64,000 nucleotides of DNA from a virus, in IMG/VR virus record IMGVR_UViG_3300008448_000060, positions 5,503 to 69,502 of that record; one strand, written 5' to 3'. The translations under genes and the position numbers were made by a program. How positions within the stretch are numbered: the first letter of the stretch is position 1; each line of letters starts with the position of its first letter. The notes under the pieces were generated by a model. It worked only from the letters and a program-made list of their open reading frames with translations. It was not told the origin of the DNA and made no database searches. Positions 29,129 to 38,078 of the stretch are shown in pieces.

Positions 29129-29785
29129 ATGAAACTTATAAGAGAATTTACAGAATCAGTAAAATATTTAGTTGAAACTCCAAAAGGAGAAACATCAAAA
29201 ACCTATTTTATTGAAGGAGTATTTTTACAAGGTGAAATTAAAAATCGTAATGGTAGAATATATCCAATGGATGTAATGAAAAAAGAAGTTGAAAGATATA
29301 CAAAAGAAAATATTGAAAAGAATCGTGCGTATGGTGAATTAGGTCATCCTGATTCTCCTACTATTAATTTAGATAGAGTGTCGCACATGATAAAAGAATT
29401 GAAGCTTGATGGCAATAATTATGTCGGAAAAGCAAAAATAATGGACACACCTTATGGTAAAATCGTTAAAAGTTTAATTGACGAGGGTGCTAATTTAGGT
29501 GTTTCATCTAGAGGGATGGGATCGTTAAGAGCAAAAAATGACGGAACTCAATTAGTACAAGATGACTTTATGCTGGCTACTGCTGGTGATATAGTTGCTG
29601 ATCCATCAGCACCAGACGCATTTGTGCGTGGTGTTATGGAAGGAAAAGAATGGGTATTCGTTGATGGTAAATTTGTTGAAAAGGATATAGAGCAAGTAAG
29701 AAAAGAGATAGCAAGTACAAACAGAATAGCACTTGCTGAAGCTCAAGCAATACAATTTGCTAAGTTCCTTGACAAAATAAAATAA
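29129..29785 (+). CDS. gp21: Prohead protease gp21
   Basis: KNRNGRIYP, GELGHP, LGVSSRGMGSL, DIVADPSAPDAFV. Confidence 0.96.
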   Translation: MKLIREFTESVKYLVETPKGETSKTYFIEGVFLQGEIKNRNGRIYPMDVMKKEVERYTKENIEKNRAYGELGHPDSPTINLDRVSHMIKELKLDGNNYVGKAKIMDTPYGKIVKSLIDEGANLGVSSRGMGSLRAKNDGTQLVQDDFMLATAGDIVADPSAPDAFVRGVMEGKEWVFVDGKFVEKDIEQVRKEIASTNRIALAEAQAIQFAKFLDKIK

Positions 29786-29792
29786 CTAAATA
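29785..29792 (+). promoter_or_regulatory. Putative late promoter for gp22/gp23
   Basis: ACTAAATA at the gp21 stop. Confidence 0.6.
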
Positions 29793-29837
29793 TGAATGGA
29801 AATCCATTCTTTATATATTTAAATTAGGAGAATATAA

Positions 29838-31430
29838 ATGAAAATCGAAGAAACAATCGCAAAGCTGTTAGCTGAAGCGAAGAAAGCTAAAACTCTTTTA
29901 TCTGAACAAGATAAAGAGGGTAGTGCTTATGCTATTGGTATGGCAAAAGCAAAAGAAATTACAGGTGATGAACCACCTCTTGAAAAAGAAACAATTAAAA
30001 AAGCACACGAAATTGCTAAAGGTATTCTTAAGAAAGAAGAAATCAGTCCATTCACAGGTCAAGCATTAAAAACTGAAGAAACTGAAGAAGAAAAGAAAAA
30101 AAGAGAAGAAGAAGAAAAGGCAAAAGCAGAAGCAGAAAAAGCATCTACTAAATCTGAATCAGAAGTGGCTCCTAACACAGATGATAAGAAAAAAGAAGAT
30201 GAAAAAGCTAAAGAAAAAGAAATCGTAAAAGAAACAGAAATGACTGACGACGAAAAGAAAAAAGCTGAAGACGAAGCAAAAGCTAAAGCTGAAAAAGAAA
30301 AAGCTGACGCAGTTAAAGAACAAGAATTAACAGATAAACAAAAAACTTTACCACCAGAATTGCAAAAAGCAATTAAGGATAAAGAAGAAAAGAAAGATGC
30401 TGTTAAAGAAGAAACTGAAGAAGAAAAAGCTAAAAGAGAAGCTGAAGAAAAAGCTAAAGCTGAAAAAGAAAAAGCTGAAGTAAAAGCAGTATCTGAGTCT
30501 GAAGACGAAAAAGAAGACGAATCTGAAGATGATGAGTCTGAAGAAGAAGATGATGATGAAGAAGAAAAAGAAATGAAATCTGAGTCTGAATCTGAAGATG
30601 ATGAAGAAAAAATTAAAGAAAAAAATGCTAAAAAACCAGATGAAGTGAAAATGAACGAAAAAACTAATGAATCAATTAAAGTAGATGTATCTGCTGATGT
30701 TGATGCATTATTAAAAGGTGAAACACTTTCTGAAGAGTTTAAAGCAAAAGCAAAAGTAATATTCGAAAACGTAGTAATTAATAGAGTAAAAGATGAAATT
30801 ACTCGTGTTTCAAATGAATTGAGAACTGAAAATGTTAAAAACATGGCAGTTATCAAAGAGAGCCTGATTGAAAAAGTTGATGGATATCTCAGCTATGTAG
30901 TTGAGCAGTGGGTCTTACAAAATGAAATCGCTCTTGAATCAGGTATTAAGACTGAAATACTTGAAGACTTTGTAAGTGGTTTAAGAAATTTATTCGAAGA
31001 CCATTACATTGAAGTACCAAATGAAAGATTTGATGTACTTTCTGATCTTCAAGATCAACTTAATACTACCAAGAAAAAACTTGATGAAGCAACAGCTGAA
31101 AATGCTAAAATTTCAAAAGCATTTAGTGATTTACGAAAAAATGAAATCATAACAGCAGCTTCAAAAGATCTAGTGTCAACAGATGCAGAAAAACTTAAAT
31201 CATTAGCTGAAGAGCTAACGTTTGAAGATGATGCGTCTTTTGAGAGAAAAGTACAGACAATAAGAGATAATTATTTCTCAGCAGTGTCTGCGACTCAAAA
31301 TTCTACTAAAACAATAGTAGATACAATAGTGACTGATGAGCCAATCGTTATTAACGAGTCAGTTAAAATAACTGACGTAAAAATAGCTGCATATGCAGAC
31401 CTATTAAATCGCTCAAAGAAACAAATTTAA
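29838..31430 (+). CDS. gp22: Prohead scaffold gp22 with long E/K-rich N-terminal region
   Basis: LSEEFK.KA..IFE, KVDGYLSYVVEQW, LRNLFEDHYIEVP; lies between gp21 and gp23. Confidence 0.9.
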   Translation: MKIEETIAKLLAEAKKAKTLLSEQDKEGSAYAIGMAKAKEITGDEPPLEKETIKKAHEIAKGILKKEEISPFTGQALKTEETEEEKKKREEEEKAKAEAEKASTKSESEVAPNTDDKKKEDEKAKEKEIVKETEMTDDEKKKAEDEAKAKAEKEKADAVKEQELTDKQKTLPPELQKAIKDKEEKKDAVKEETEEEKAKREAEEKAKAEKEKAEVKAVSESEDEKEDESEDDESEEEDDDEEEKEMKSESESEDDEEKIKEKNAKKPDEVKMNEKTNESIKVDVSADVDALLKGETLSEEFKAKAKVIFENVVINRVKDEITRVSNELRTENVKNMAVIKESLIEKVDGYLSYVVEQWVLQNEIALESGIKTEILEDFVSGLRNLFEDHYIEVPNERFDVLSDLQDQLNTTKKKLDEATAENAKISKAFSDLRKNEIITAASKDLVSTDAEKLKSLAEELTFEDDASFERKVQTIRDNYFSAVSATQNSTKTIVDTIVTDEPIVINESVKITDVKIAAYADLLNRSKKQI

Positions 31431-31454
31431 TTAACAATAATAAGGGAGAATAAC

Positions 31455-32726
31455 ATGGCAGATCGTAAAGATCTTTTAAAAAAATGGGCTCCAGTATTAG
31501 ATCACGCAGGTGTAGCACCTATTAAAGATGCTTACCGAAAAGAAGTGACAGCTGTTCTATTAGAGAACCAAGAACGTTCTATTAATGAAGAAAAGCAAGC
31601 ACTTTTTGAAGCAACTCACGCGAATGCAGCTGGTGCTTTACCAGATACTTCAGGAGTAGCTAAATTTGATCCAGTATTGATCTCATTAGTACGTCGTGCA
31701 ATTCCACAAATGATCGCTTATGACGTTTGCGGAGTACAGCCGATGACACAACCAACTGGCTTAATATTCGCTATGAAAAGCAGATATACAGCACAGAATG
31801 GAACAGAAGCTTTATTTAACGAAGCTGATTCAGACTTCGGTGGTACAGGTACACATGCTGGTTCAAATCCAGTAAGTGGTGCTTATACAACTGGTTCTGG
31901 ATTATCAACAACTGATGCTGAAGGATTAGGCGATTCAGGAACGTTCAATCAAATGGCGTTTTCAATCGAGAAAACTTCAGTGACTGCGAAAACTCGTGCT
32001 TTAAAAGCTGAGTACACAGTTGAATTAGCACAAGATCTAAAATCAGTTCATGGTTTAGATGCTGAAAGTGAATTGTCAAATATCCTATCTACTGAAATCC
32101 TAGCGGAAATCAATAGAGAAGTTATTCGTACAATTTATGGAGTAGCTAAAACAGGAGCACAAGTAGGTACAGCAGCAGCTGGTACTTTTGATCTTGATGT
32201 AGATTCAAATGGAAGATGGTCAGTTGAGAAGTTCAAAGGGTTATTATTCCAAGTAGAGAGAGAAGCAAATGCGATCGCTCAACAAACTCGTAGAGGAAAA
32301 GGTAATTTCATTATTGCTTCTTCTGATGTAGCGAGTGCGTTAGCAATGTCAGGTGCTTTGGACTATGCTCCAGCTCTTTCAACTAATCTAAATGTAGACG
32401 AAGCTTCTACAACTTTTGCTGGTGTCCTTAATGGTCGCTACAAAGTGTTTGTAGATCCATATTCTGCTAACTCAGCTTCAACTCAGCTGTTATTAGTAGG
32501 ATATAAAGGTAGTTCAGCATTTGATGCTGGAATATTCTATTGCCCATACGTACCATTACAATTAGTACGTGCAGTAGATCCTTCTACATTCCAACCTAAG
32601 ATCGCGTTCAAAACAAGATACGGAATGGTGTCAAACCCATTTGTACAACTTGATGGTAATAACACGAACTTACAAGCAGCTTCTAACTACTACTACAGAA
32701 AAGTTGCAATTACAAATTTAATGTAA
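31455..32726 (+). CDS. gp23: Major capsid protein gp23
   Basis: LLENQE, DPVLISLVRRA, GVQPMTQPTGLIFAM, RALKAEYTVELAQDLK, FYCPYVPL, FKTRYG. Confidence 0.98.
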   Translation: MADRKDLLKKWAPVLDHAGVAPIKDAYRKEVTAVLLENQERSINEEKQALFEATHANAAGALPDTSGVAKFDPVLISLVRRAIPQMIAYDVCGVQPMTQPTGLIFAMKSRYTAQNGTEALFNEADSDFGGTGTHAGSNPVSGAYTTGSGLSTTDAEGLGDSGTFNQMAFSIEKTSVTAKTRALKAEYTVELAQDLKSVHGLDAESELSNILSTEILAEINREVIRTIYGVAKTGAQVGTAAAGTFDLDVDSNGRWSVEKFKGLLFQVEREANAIAQQTRRGKGNFIIASSDVASALAMSGALDYAPALSTNLNVDEASTTFAGVLNGRYKVFVDPYSANSASTQLLLVGYKGSSAFDAGIFYCPYVPLQLVRAVDPSTFQPKIAFKTRYGMVSNPFVQLDGNNTNLQAASNYYYRKVAITNLM

Positions 32727-32751
32727 TTTGTAAGGTTGATTATATAATTTT

Positions 32752-32785
32752 AAAGGGGGGAGATGTAAAAGTCTTCCCCCTTTTT
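32752..32785 (+). terminator. Rho-independent terminator after gp23
   Basis: AAAGGGGGGAGA-8 nt loop-TCTTCCCCCTTT stem (one G-U pair) running into a T tract. Confidence 0.85.
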
Positions 32786-32792
32786 CATTTAT

Positions 32793-32800
32793 ACTAAATA
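32793..32800 (+). promoter_or_regulatory. Putative late promoter for gp3
   Basis: ACTAAATA just downstream of the gp23 terminator. Confidence 0.55.
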
Positions 32801-32808
32801 ATTATAAT

Positions 32809-33372
32809 ATGACTCTTAAAACTTCAAATAAACCATCTAATATTAATCCACTTAATCCTAACGGATTTTCTTTTTCATTTGCACGTATTCCAAATGTAAA
32901 TTATTTCGTTCAGTCGATTAATATACCTGATCTTACATTAGGTGAGATTGCTCAAGGAACACCACTTTCAGATGCTTACATTCCAGGAGAAAAAATTACT
33001 TATGGTGTTTGTAATTTAGAATTTATCGTAGATGAAGATATGGAAAATTATCTTGCACTTTATCGTTGGATGGTTGCCCTTGGCAAACCAAGAAATTATG
33101 AACAATATTTAAATTTTCCAACCACTGATACTGAAGCTTATAAAGCAAATTTAAAAGAATTAGCAAAAAATTTTTCAGATGGTACACTTTTAATACTAAA
33201 TAATAATAACGCAATTAGTAAAATAATTACGTTTAGAGATATGTTTCCAACAGGGTTGTCGTCGATGATATTCGACTCTAAAAGTACCGATGTGACTTAC
33301 ATTACAAATACTGTGACTCTAAGATATAGTTATTTTACAATACAGAGTCCTTCTTCTTCGACAGTCTACTAA
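32809..33372 (+). CDS. gp3: Tail completion protein gp3-like
   Basis: NPL.PNGF.F, FIVDEDMENY...Y.W, SDGTL.IL, F.D.FP..LS motifs; follows gp23. Confidence 0.8.
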   Translation: MTLKTSNKPSNINPLNPNGFSFSFARIPNVNYFVQSINIPDLTLGEIAQGTPLSDAYIPGEKITYGVCNLEFIVDEDMENYLALYRWMVALGKPRNYEQYLNFPTTDTEAYKANLKELAKNFSDGTLLILNNNNAISKIITFRDMFPTGLSSMIFDSKSTDVTYITNTVTLRYSYFTIQSPSSSTVY

Positions 33373-33396
33373 AATAAATTAGAAAGAGACTGTTAA

Positions 33397-33762
33397 ATGC
33401 AAAAAAATATATTCATATTATTTTTATCATTTTTGCTTACTATTGGAGCAGGGCGAAGCTTTGCACAAGGATTGCCACAAAGTGATAAGTATCCAGATTC
33501 ATCTTGGATTGAAGAAATACCAGTAATTTGTAATGACTCAACAACACTTCATGCTTTTTTAGAATCTAAGGGTTGGATTATGTCAAAAACATACACTGGA
33601 AGAACTGGTGCCGAAAGCAATGGAAATCCAGTCTTTATTATAGCACACTATAAGAATGCAAAATCACCAAAAGCAATTATAGAAACAATCACTGTTCCAT
33701 CAGGTGAATCTTGCATAATGTATCAAGGATTTGACGAAAAAAATACTTCAAATAAAGCTTAA
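33397..33762 (+). CDS. Hypothetical exported protein
   Basis: Signal-peptide-like N-terminus ending SFA; two Cys (PVIC, ESCI). Confidence 0.55.
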   Translation: MQKNIFILFLSFLLTIGAGRSFAQGLPQSDKYPDSSWIEEIPVICNDSTTLHAFLESKGWIMSKTYTGRTGAESNGNPVFIIAHYKNAKSPKAIIETITVPSGESCIMYQGFDEKNTSNKA

Positions 33763-33767
33763 AACCC

Positions 33768-33796
33768 TTTACTTACAAGCTTTTTTATAGTATAAT
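33768..33796 (+). promoter_or_regulatory. Sigma70-type promoter (TTTACT-N17-TATAAT) upstream of uvsY
   Basis: Exact 17-nt spacer; member of a repeated promoter family. Confidence 0.7.
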
Positions 33797-33803
33797 ATGA
33801 ATT

Positions 33804-34241
33804 ATGACACTTGAAGAAATACAAGAACAATGGAAACAAGACTGTATTATAGACGATAATCATTTAGATCGAGAATCTGTTCGTACACCAGTCTTACATT
33901 CAAAATATTTAAACTTACTCATTTCATATAAACATCGTATTACATCAGCACAATCTGAATATAATAGTATGCGTGTAAAAAAATTTAGATATTATCGTGG
34001 TGAAATGAGTAAGGGTGAATTAGAACTTGCTGGTTGGGAACAATGGCAAGGTATAAAACCATTAAGAAATGAAATGGATGAATTTCTAAATGGTGATGCT
34101 GATTTAATTAAAGCCAAACTTAAAATTGAATATTTAACGAGCATACAGGAACTTCTTGAATCTATATTACAACAGATCAAGTCACGAGATTGGATAATAA
34201 GAAATTCATTAGAGTGGAAAAAGTTCGTTAGTGGTGCTTAA
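33804..34241 (+). CDS. uvsY: Recombination mediator UvsY
   Basis: W..D..ID, LHSKYL, K..YY.G, I..R.W.I.N..EW.KF..G. Confidence 0.9.
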   Translation: MTLEEIQEQWKQDCIIDDNHLDRESVRTPVLHSKYLNLLISYKHRITSAQSEYNSMRVKKFRYYRGEMSKGELELAGWEQWQGIKPLRNEMDEFLNGDADLIKAKLKIEYLTSIQELLESILQQIKSRDWIIRNSLEWKKFVSGA

Positions 34242-35797
34242 TGTCCGAAGATAATAAATCCCAAATTACAATCGAAAACTATACTGAAACGCACGTTCGT
34301 GTATTCTCAGATGATTTAGGTATAGAAAAAGAATTATCAGACTATTTTACGTTTTATGTTCCAGGAGCCCATTTTACACCACAATACAGAGCACGTATAT
34401 GGGATGGTAAAACACGTCTTTATGATTTACTTCGTAAGACAGTTTATACTGGTTTAATTCCTTATGTACGCAAATTTGCCTTTGAACGTGGTTATACCAT
34501 ATCTGAATTAGGGTTTCCAAAGTATATTGAACCTATAACAGAAGAAGAGGTTAAAACCTTTATAAATTCATTAAATATAACCTCTAAAAACGACTCAGAC
34601 CTATCAGTAAGAGACTATCAATATAATGCGGTTTATTCCGCTTTAAAGCGACGAAGAGCCCTATTGTTGAGTCCAACTGCCAGTGGGAAGAGTCTAATAA
34701 TGTATTCTATATTACGTTGGTATTCAACATTAAAAAACAATAAGAAATGCTTAATTATAGTTCCAACAACTAATCTAGTTGAACAGTTATATAAAGACTT
34801 TGATGATTATTCAACTAAAAATGGTTGGAAAGTAGATACTCATATTCAAAAGCTTTATGCAGGGTTTTCAAAAGAACTTACAAAAAATATATTAATTACT
34901 ACTTGGCAAAGTATTTACAAATTACCAAAATCATTCTTCGAGCAGTTTGATGTAGTTTTCGGAGACGAAGTCCATAAATTTAAGGCAAGAAGTCTTATTA
35001 CAATAATGGAAAAATGTAATAAGATAAAATTTCGTATTGGTACAACTGGAACAATCGATAACAGTAAAATAAATAAATTAGTACTCGAAGGACTTTTTGG
35101 AATCGTAGAAAAAGTCACAACTACATCTGATTTGATTGACCAGAAAAAATTAGCAGACTTAAAAATTATTTGTTTACTCCTTTCATATGATGATATATCA
35201 CGCGAAGGAAGAAAAAATAACGTTTATTCAGACGAAATAGATTGGCTAGTTTCTTGTGATAAAAGAAATAACTATATTACCAATCTTGCTCTTAACTGTA
35301 AAGGTAATACTTTAATACTTTACCAATACGTAAAGAAACACGGAATCCCTTTATATGAAAAACTAAATAGATTAGAGAAGAAATATAATAAAAAAATATA
35401 TTTAATCTCTGGTGATACAATCGTTTCTGATAGAGAACAAGTAAGAGATATTGCAGCAGATACAAACAATTGTATTATAGTCGCAAGTTATGGAACTTTC
35501 AGTACAGGTGTGAATATACCAAGTATTGAAAACATTATATTAGCAAGTCCGATTAAGAGTAAAATACTTAATTTACAAAGTATTGGAAGAGGACTACGAT
35601 TAAATAAGAATAAAACTACTTGTAATTTGTTTGATATTGCTGATGACTTATCTTATAAGAAATGGAAAAATCATACTTATAGACATTTGTTGTCAAGAAT
35701 GCAAACTTATGATGAGGAAAAATTTAACTATTCATTAGTAGAGGTAAAATTAGATGCATCAAAAATCATCGACACCGAGAATAATAAAATCGAATGA
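34241..35797 (+). CDS. uvsW: DNA helicase UvsW
   Basis: WDGK.RL, SPTASGKS, GDEVH, GTTGT, STGVNI, LQSIGRGLR. Confidence 0.95.
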   Translation: MSEDNKSQITIENYTETHVRVFSDDLGIEKELSDYFTFYVPGAHFTPQYRARIWDGKTRLYDLLRKTVYTGLIPYVRKFAFERGYTISELGFPKYIEPITEEEVKTFINSLNITSKNDSDLSVRDYQYNAVYSALKRRRALLLSPTASGKSLIMYSILRWYSTLKNNKKCLIIVPTTNLVEQLYKDFDDYSTKNGWKVDTHIQKLYAGFSKELTKNILITTWQSIYKLPKSFFEQFDVVFGDEVHKFKARSLITIMEKCNKIKFRIGTTGTIDNSKINKLVLEGLFGIVEKVTTTSDLIDQKKLADLKIICLLLSYDDISREGRKNNVYSDEIDWLVSCDKRNNYITNLALNCKGNTLILYQYVKKHGIPLYEKLNRLEKKYNKKIYLISGDTIVSDREQVRDIAADTNNCIIVASYGTFSTGVNIPSIENIILASPIKSKILNLQSIGRGLRLNKNKTTCNLFDIADDLSYKKWKNHTYRHLLSRMQTYDEEKFNYSLVEVKLDASKIIDTENNKIE

Positions 35798-36296
35798 AGA
35801 TTTTGTTATTGTAAGATTATCTACAGGTGAATCAATATTAGCGATTCGTTTAAAAGAAGACGAAAAAGAAATTACTATTGAATATCCATTTGCTCTTAAA
35901 AATTATCCAAGAATTACAAAACAAGGTGGAATTATAGAACAAGTGACTGCAGGACCATATTGTAGTTTCGCCGAAAATAGAGTTTTTACATTTCCGAAAA
36001 AAGACGTTTTTTTCATAAAGAAACTTCATTCGTTCGCAATACCATTCTTTATGTCATTGTATAATCAACATGAAAGATTAGTTGCAATGGGATCTTATGA
36101 AGATTTAATGGATAGATTTATGGATAAACAAGAAATGGCTGATTTGAGACATGACGAACAATTTCCAGATCCAGAACCAGAAGAATATACAAGTAATTAC
36201 GATACAGAAACAGAAGAACTAACTACTGAAGAGATTGATGGTATAAGAGAAATTTACAATCAGATTAAGAATAAAGATAAGAAAGTAATCCATTAA
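35754..36296 (+). CDS. Conserved hypothetical protein (Sm-like fold) between uvsW and gp55
   Basis: VRLSTGESILA motif; synteny with T4-like aquatic phages. Confidence 0.6.
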   Translation: MHQKSSTPRIIKSNEDFVIVRLSTGESILAIRLKEDEKEITIEYPFALKNYPRITKQGGIIEQVTAGPYCSFAENRVFTFPKKDVFFIKKLHSFAIPFFMSLYNQHERLVAMGSYEDLMDRFMDKQEMADLRHDEQFPDPEPEEYTSNYDTETEELTTEEIDGIREIYNQIKNKDKKVIH

Positions 36297-36369
36297 TATT
36301 AATATTTCAAACCCCAACAGGTGTTATTATAATGTGGAAAAAATTGAAAGTAAAGGCATATTGAAACAC

Positions 36370-36398
36370 TTTACTTACAATATATTTTAGAGTATAAT
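36370..36398 (+). promoter_or_regulatory. Sigma70-type promoter upstream of gp55
   Basis: TTTACT(36370)-N17-TATAAT(36393). Confidence 0.7.
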
Positions 36399-36436
36399 TG
36401 CAGTCTATTTACTCTTTAATATTTAAATCCTTTACA

Positions 36437-37036
36437 ATGAATAAAAAAACTAAAGAAACAAAAATACATTACGTCAATAATGCTGAATTTCTTAAAGCAT
36501 TAATTCAATGGAAAAAAGATTGTGTTGACGCAGAAGATAGTGGAGAAGAACATCCACCAAGAATTCCTAATTATATAGGTGAATGTATTTTAAAAATAGC
36601 AACACGTCTTTCTACACGTCCAAATTTTAACAATTATACATATCGTGACGATATGATATTAGATGGTATTGAAAATTGCATTCAATATCTTCATAACTTT
36701 GATCCTACCAAATCTAAAAATCCCTTTGCTTATTTTACTCAAATCATATACTATGCATTTTTAAGACGTATTATGAAAGAAAGAAAACAAGCTTATATTA
36801 AAACTAAAATTCTTACTTCTCTACCACCTACTTTTTTTCAAGAACTTGGTATGAGTGATGATGAAATTTCAGAGTCAGAAAGAAACTTTGATAAATTCGT
36901 CAATAAGATGAGTCAAGCAATAGAAAGCCAAAATAACTTTGATGAATGGCTAGTTAAAAAATCTGTTGCTAGAAAAATAAAAAATAATATTGAAACGATT
37001 GATTTAGATGATGACAAAGATAGCGATTATAACTGA
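36437..37036 (+). CDS. gp55: Late sigma factor gp55
   Basis: HYVNNAEFL, YIGECILKIA..LS.RPNF.NY.YRDDMI.DGIENC, NPFAYFTQI.YYAFLRRI. Start moved to ATG 36437 because the track start overlaps the promoter. Confidence 0.95.
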   Translation: MNKKTKETKIHYVNNAEFLKALIQWKKDCVDAEDSGEEHPPRIPNYIGECILKIATRLSTRPNFNNYTYRDDMILDGIENCIQYLHNFDPTKSKNPFAYFTQIIYYAFLRRIMKERKQAYIKTKILTSLPPTFFQELGMSDDEISESERNFDKFVNKMSQAIESQNNFDEWLVKKSVARKIKNNIETIDLDDDKDSDYN

Positions 37037-38078
37037 TACACATTTTGGTGTACGTAATGACATTAGTCACTTTTTAGAATCTCAAAATAAGTTTTTTGAT
37101 ACAACGTTTTTTCCTAAAATAGACGAACTAAAGATAGACACATTACTACACTTAGGTGACATATTTGATAGACGCAAATATATCAATTATTACACATTAA
37201 AACAGAGTAAAACATTTTTCTTCGATAAATTAAGAGAAAGAAACATTACTATGTATGTTGTAATTGGTAATCACGACACATACTTCCGAAACACTAATGA
37301 GATTAATAGCATATCTCTACTCTTAACTGAATATCCAAATATAAAAATTCTATACGAACCACAAACAATCCAAATAAAAGAAACACTATTTTGTAATATT
37401 CCATGGATATGTGAAGACAACAAAGATAAATGTTGGGAAGAAATTAAAAATACAAAAGCAGAAGTTTGTATTGGACACTTTGATATTCAAGGATTTGAAA
37501 TGCATACTGGTGCACCATCCAAAGATGGAATACCAAAAGATAAGTTTATGAAATTTGATTTACTTATGTCAGGGCATTTTCATCATCGTTCACAAAATGA
37601 TAATATTACTTATTTGGGTGCTCCATATGAAATGACTTGGTCTGATTATAATGACAAAAAAGGTTTTCATATATTTGATACAGCAACTCGTAAATTAGAA
37701 TTTATACAAAACCCAAACACTATGTTCTTAAAAGTAGAATATGATGAATCTTATTTTGCTGAGAATCCACCAAATTTTGAAGATTATAGAAACAAGTATA
37801 TAAAAGTAATTATAACAAATCGTAAAAATTTATTGAAGTTTGATACATTTATAAAAAATTTACATAATCATAATCCATATGATGTGAAAATACTTGAAAC
37901 GTTTGTTGACTTTTCATCTGCTAACGTATCTGATGAAATTAACGTAGAAGACACTACTAGCATATTAAATGGTTATGTTGATACAATCACAACTAGTATT
38001 GAAAAAAATAAACTTAAATTATATTTAAACTCGTTGCATGCTGAAGCAATTGCGAACGAGACTATTGTTAAAGAATGA
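37008..38078 (+). CDS. gp47: Recombination endonuclease subunit gp47 (Mre11-like)
   Basis: ITDTHFG, HLGDIFDRR, GNHD, SGHFH metallophosphoesterase motifs. Confidence 0.95.
   Translation: MMTKIAIITDTHFGVRNDISHFLESQNKFFDTTFFPKIDELKIDTLLHLGDIFDRRKYINYYTLKQSKTFFFDKLRERNITMYVVIGNHDTYFRNTNEINSISLLLTEYPNIKILYEPQTIQIKETLFCNIPWICEDNKDKCWEEIKNTKAEVCIGHFDIQGFEMHTGAPSKDGIPKDKFMKFDLLMSGHFHHRSQNDNITYLGAPYEMTWSDYNDKKGFHIFDTATRKLEFIQNPNTMFLKVEYDESYFAENPPNFEDYRNKYIKVIITNRKNLLKFDTFIKNLHNHNPYDVKILETFVDFSSANVSDEINVEDTTSILNGYVDTITTSIEKNKLKLYLNSLHAEAIANETIVKE

Noticed and set aside
30059-30856. 265-aa minus-strand ORF
   Set aside because: S/F-rich antisense shadow of the GAA/AAA-rich gp22 repeats
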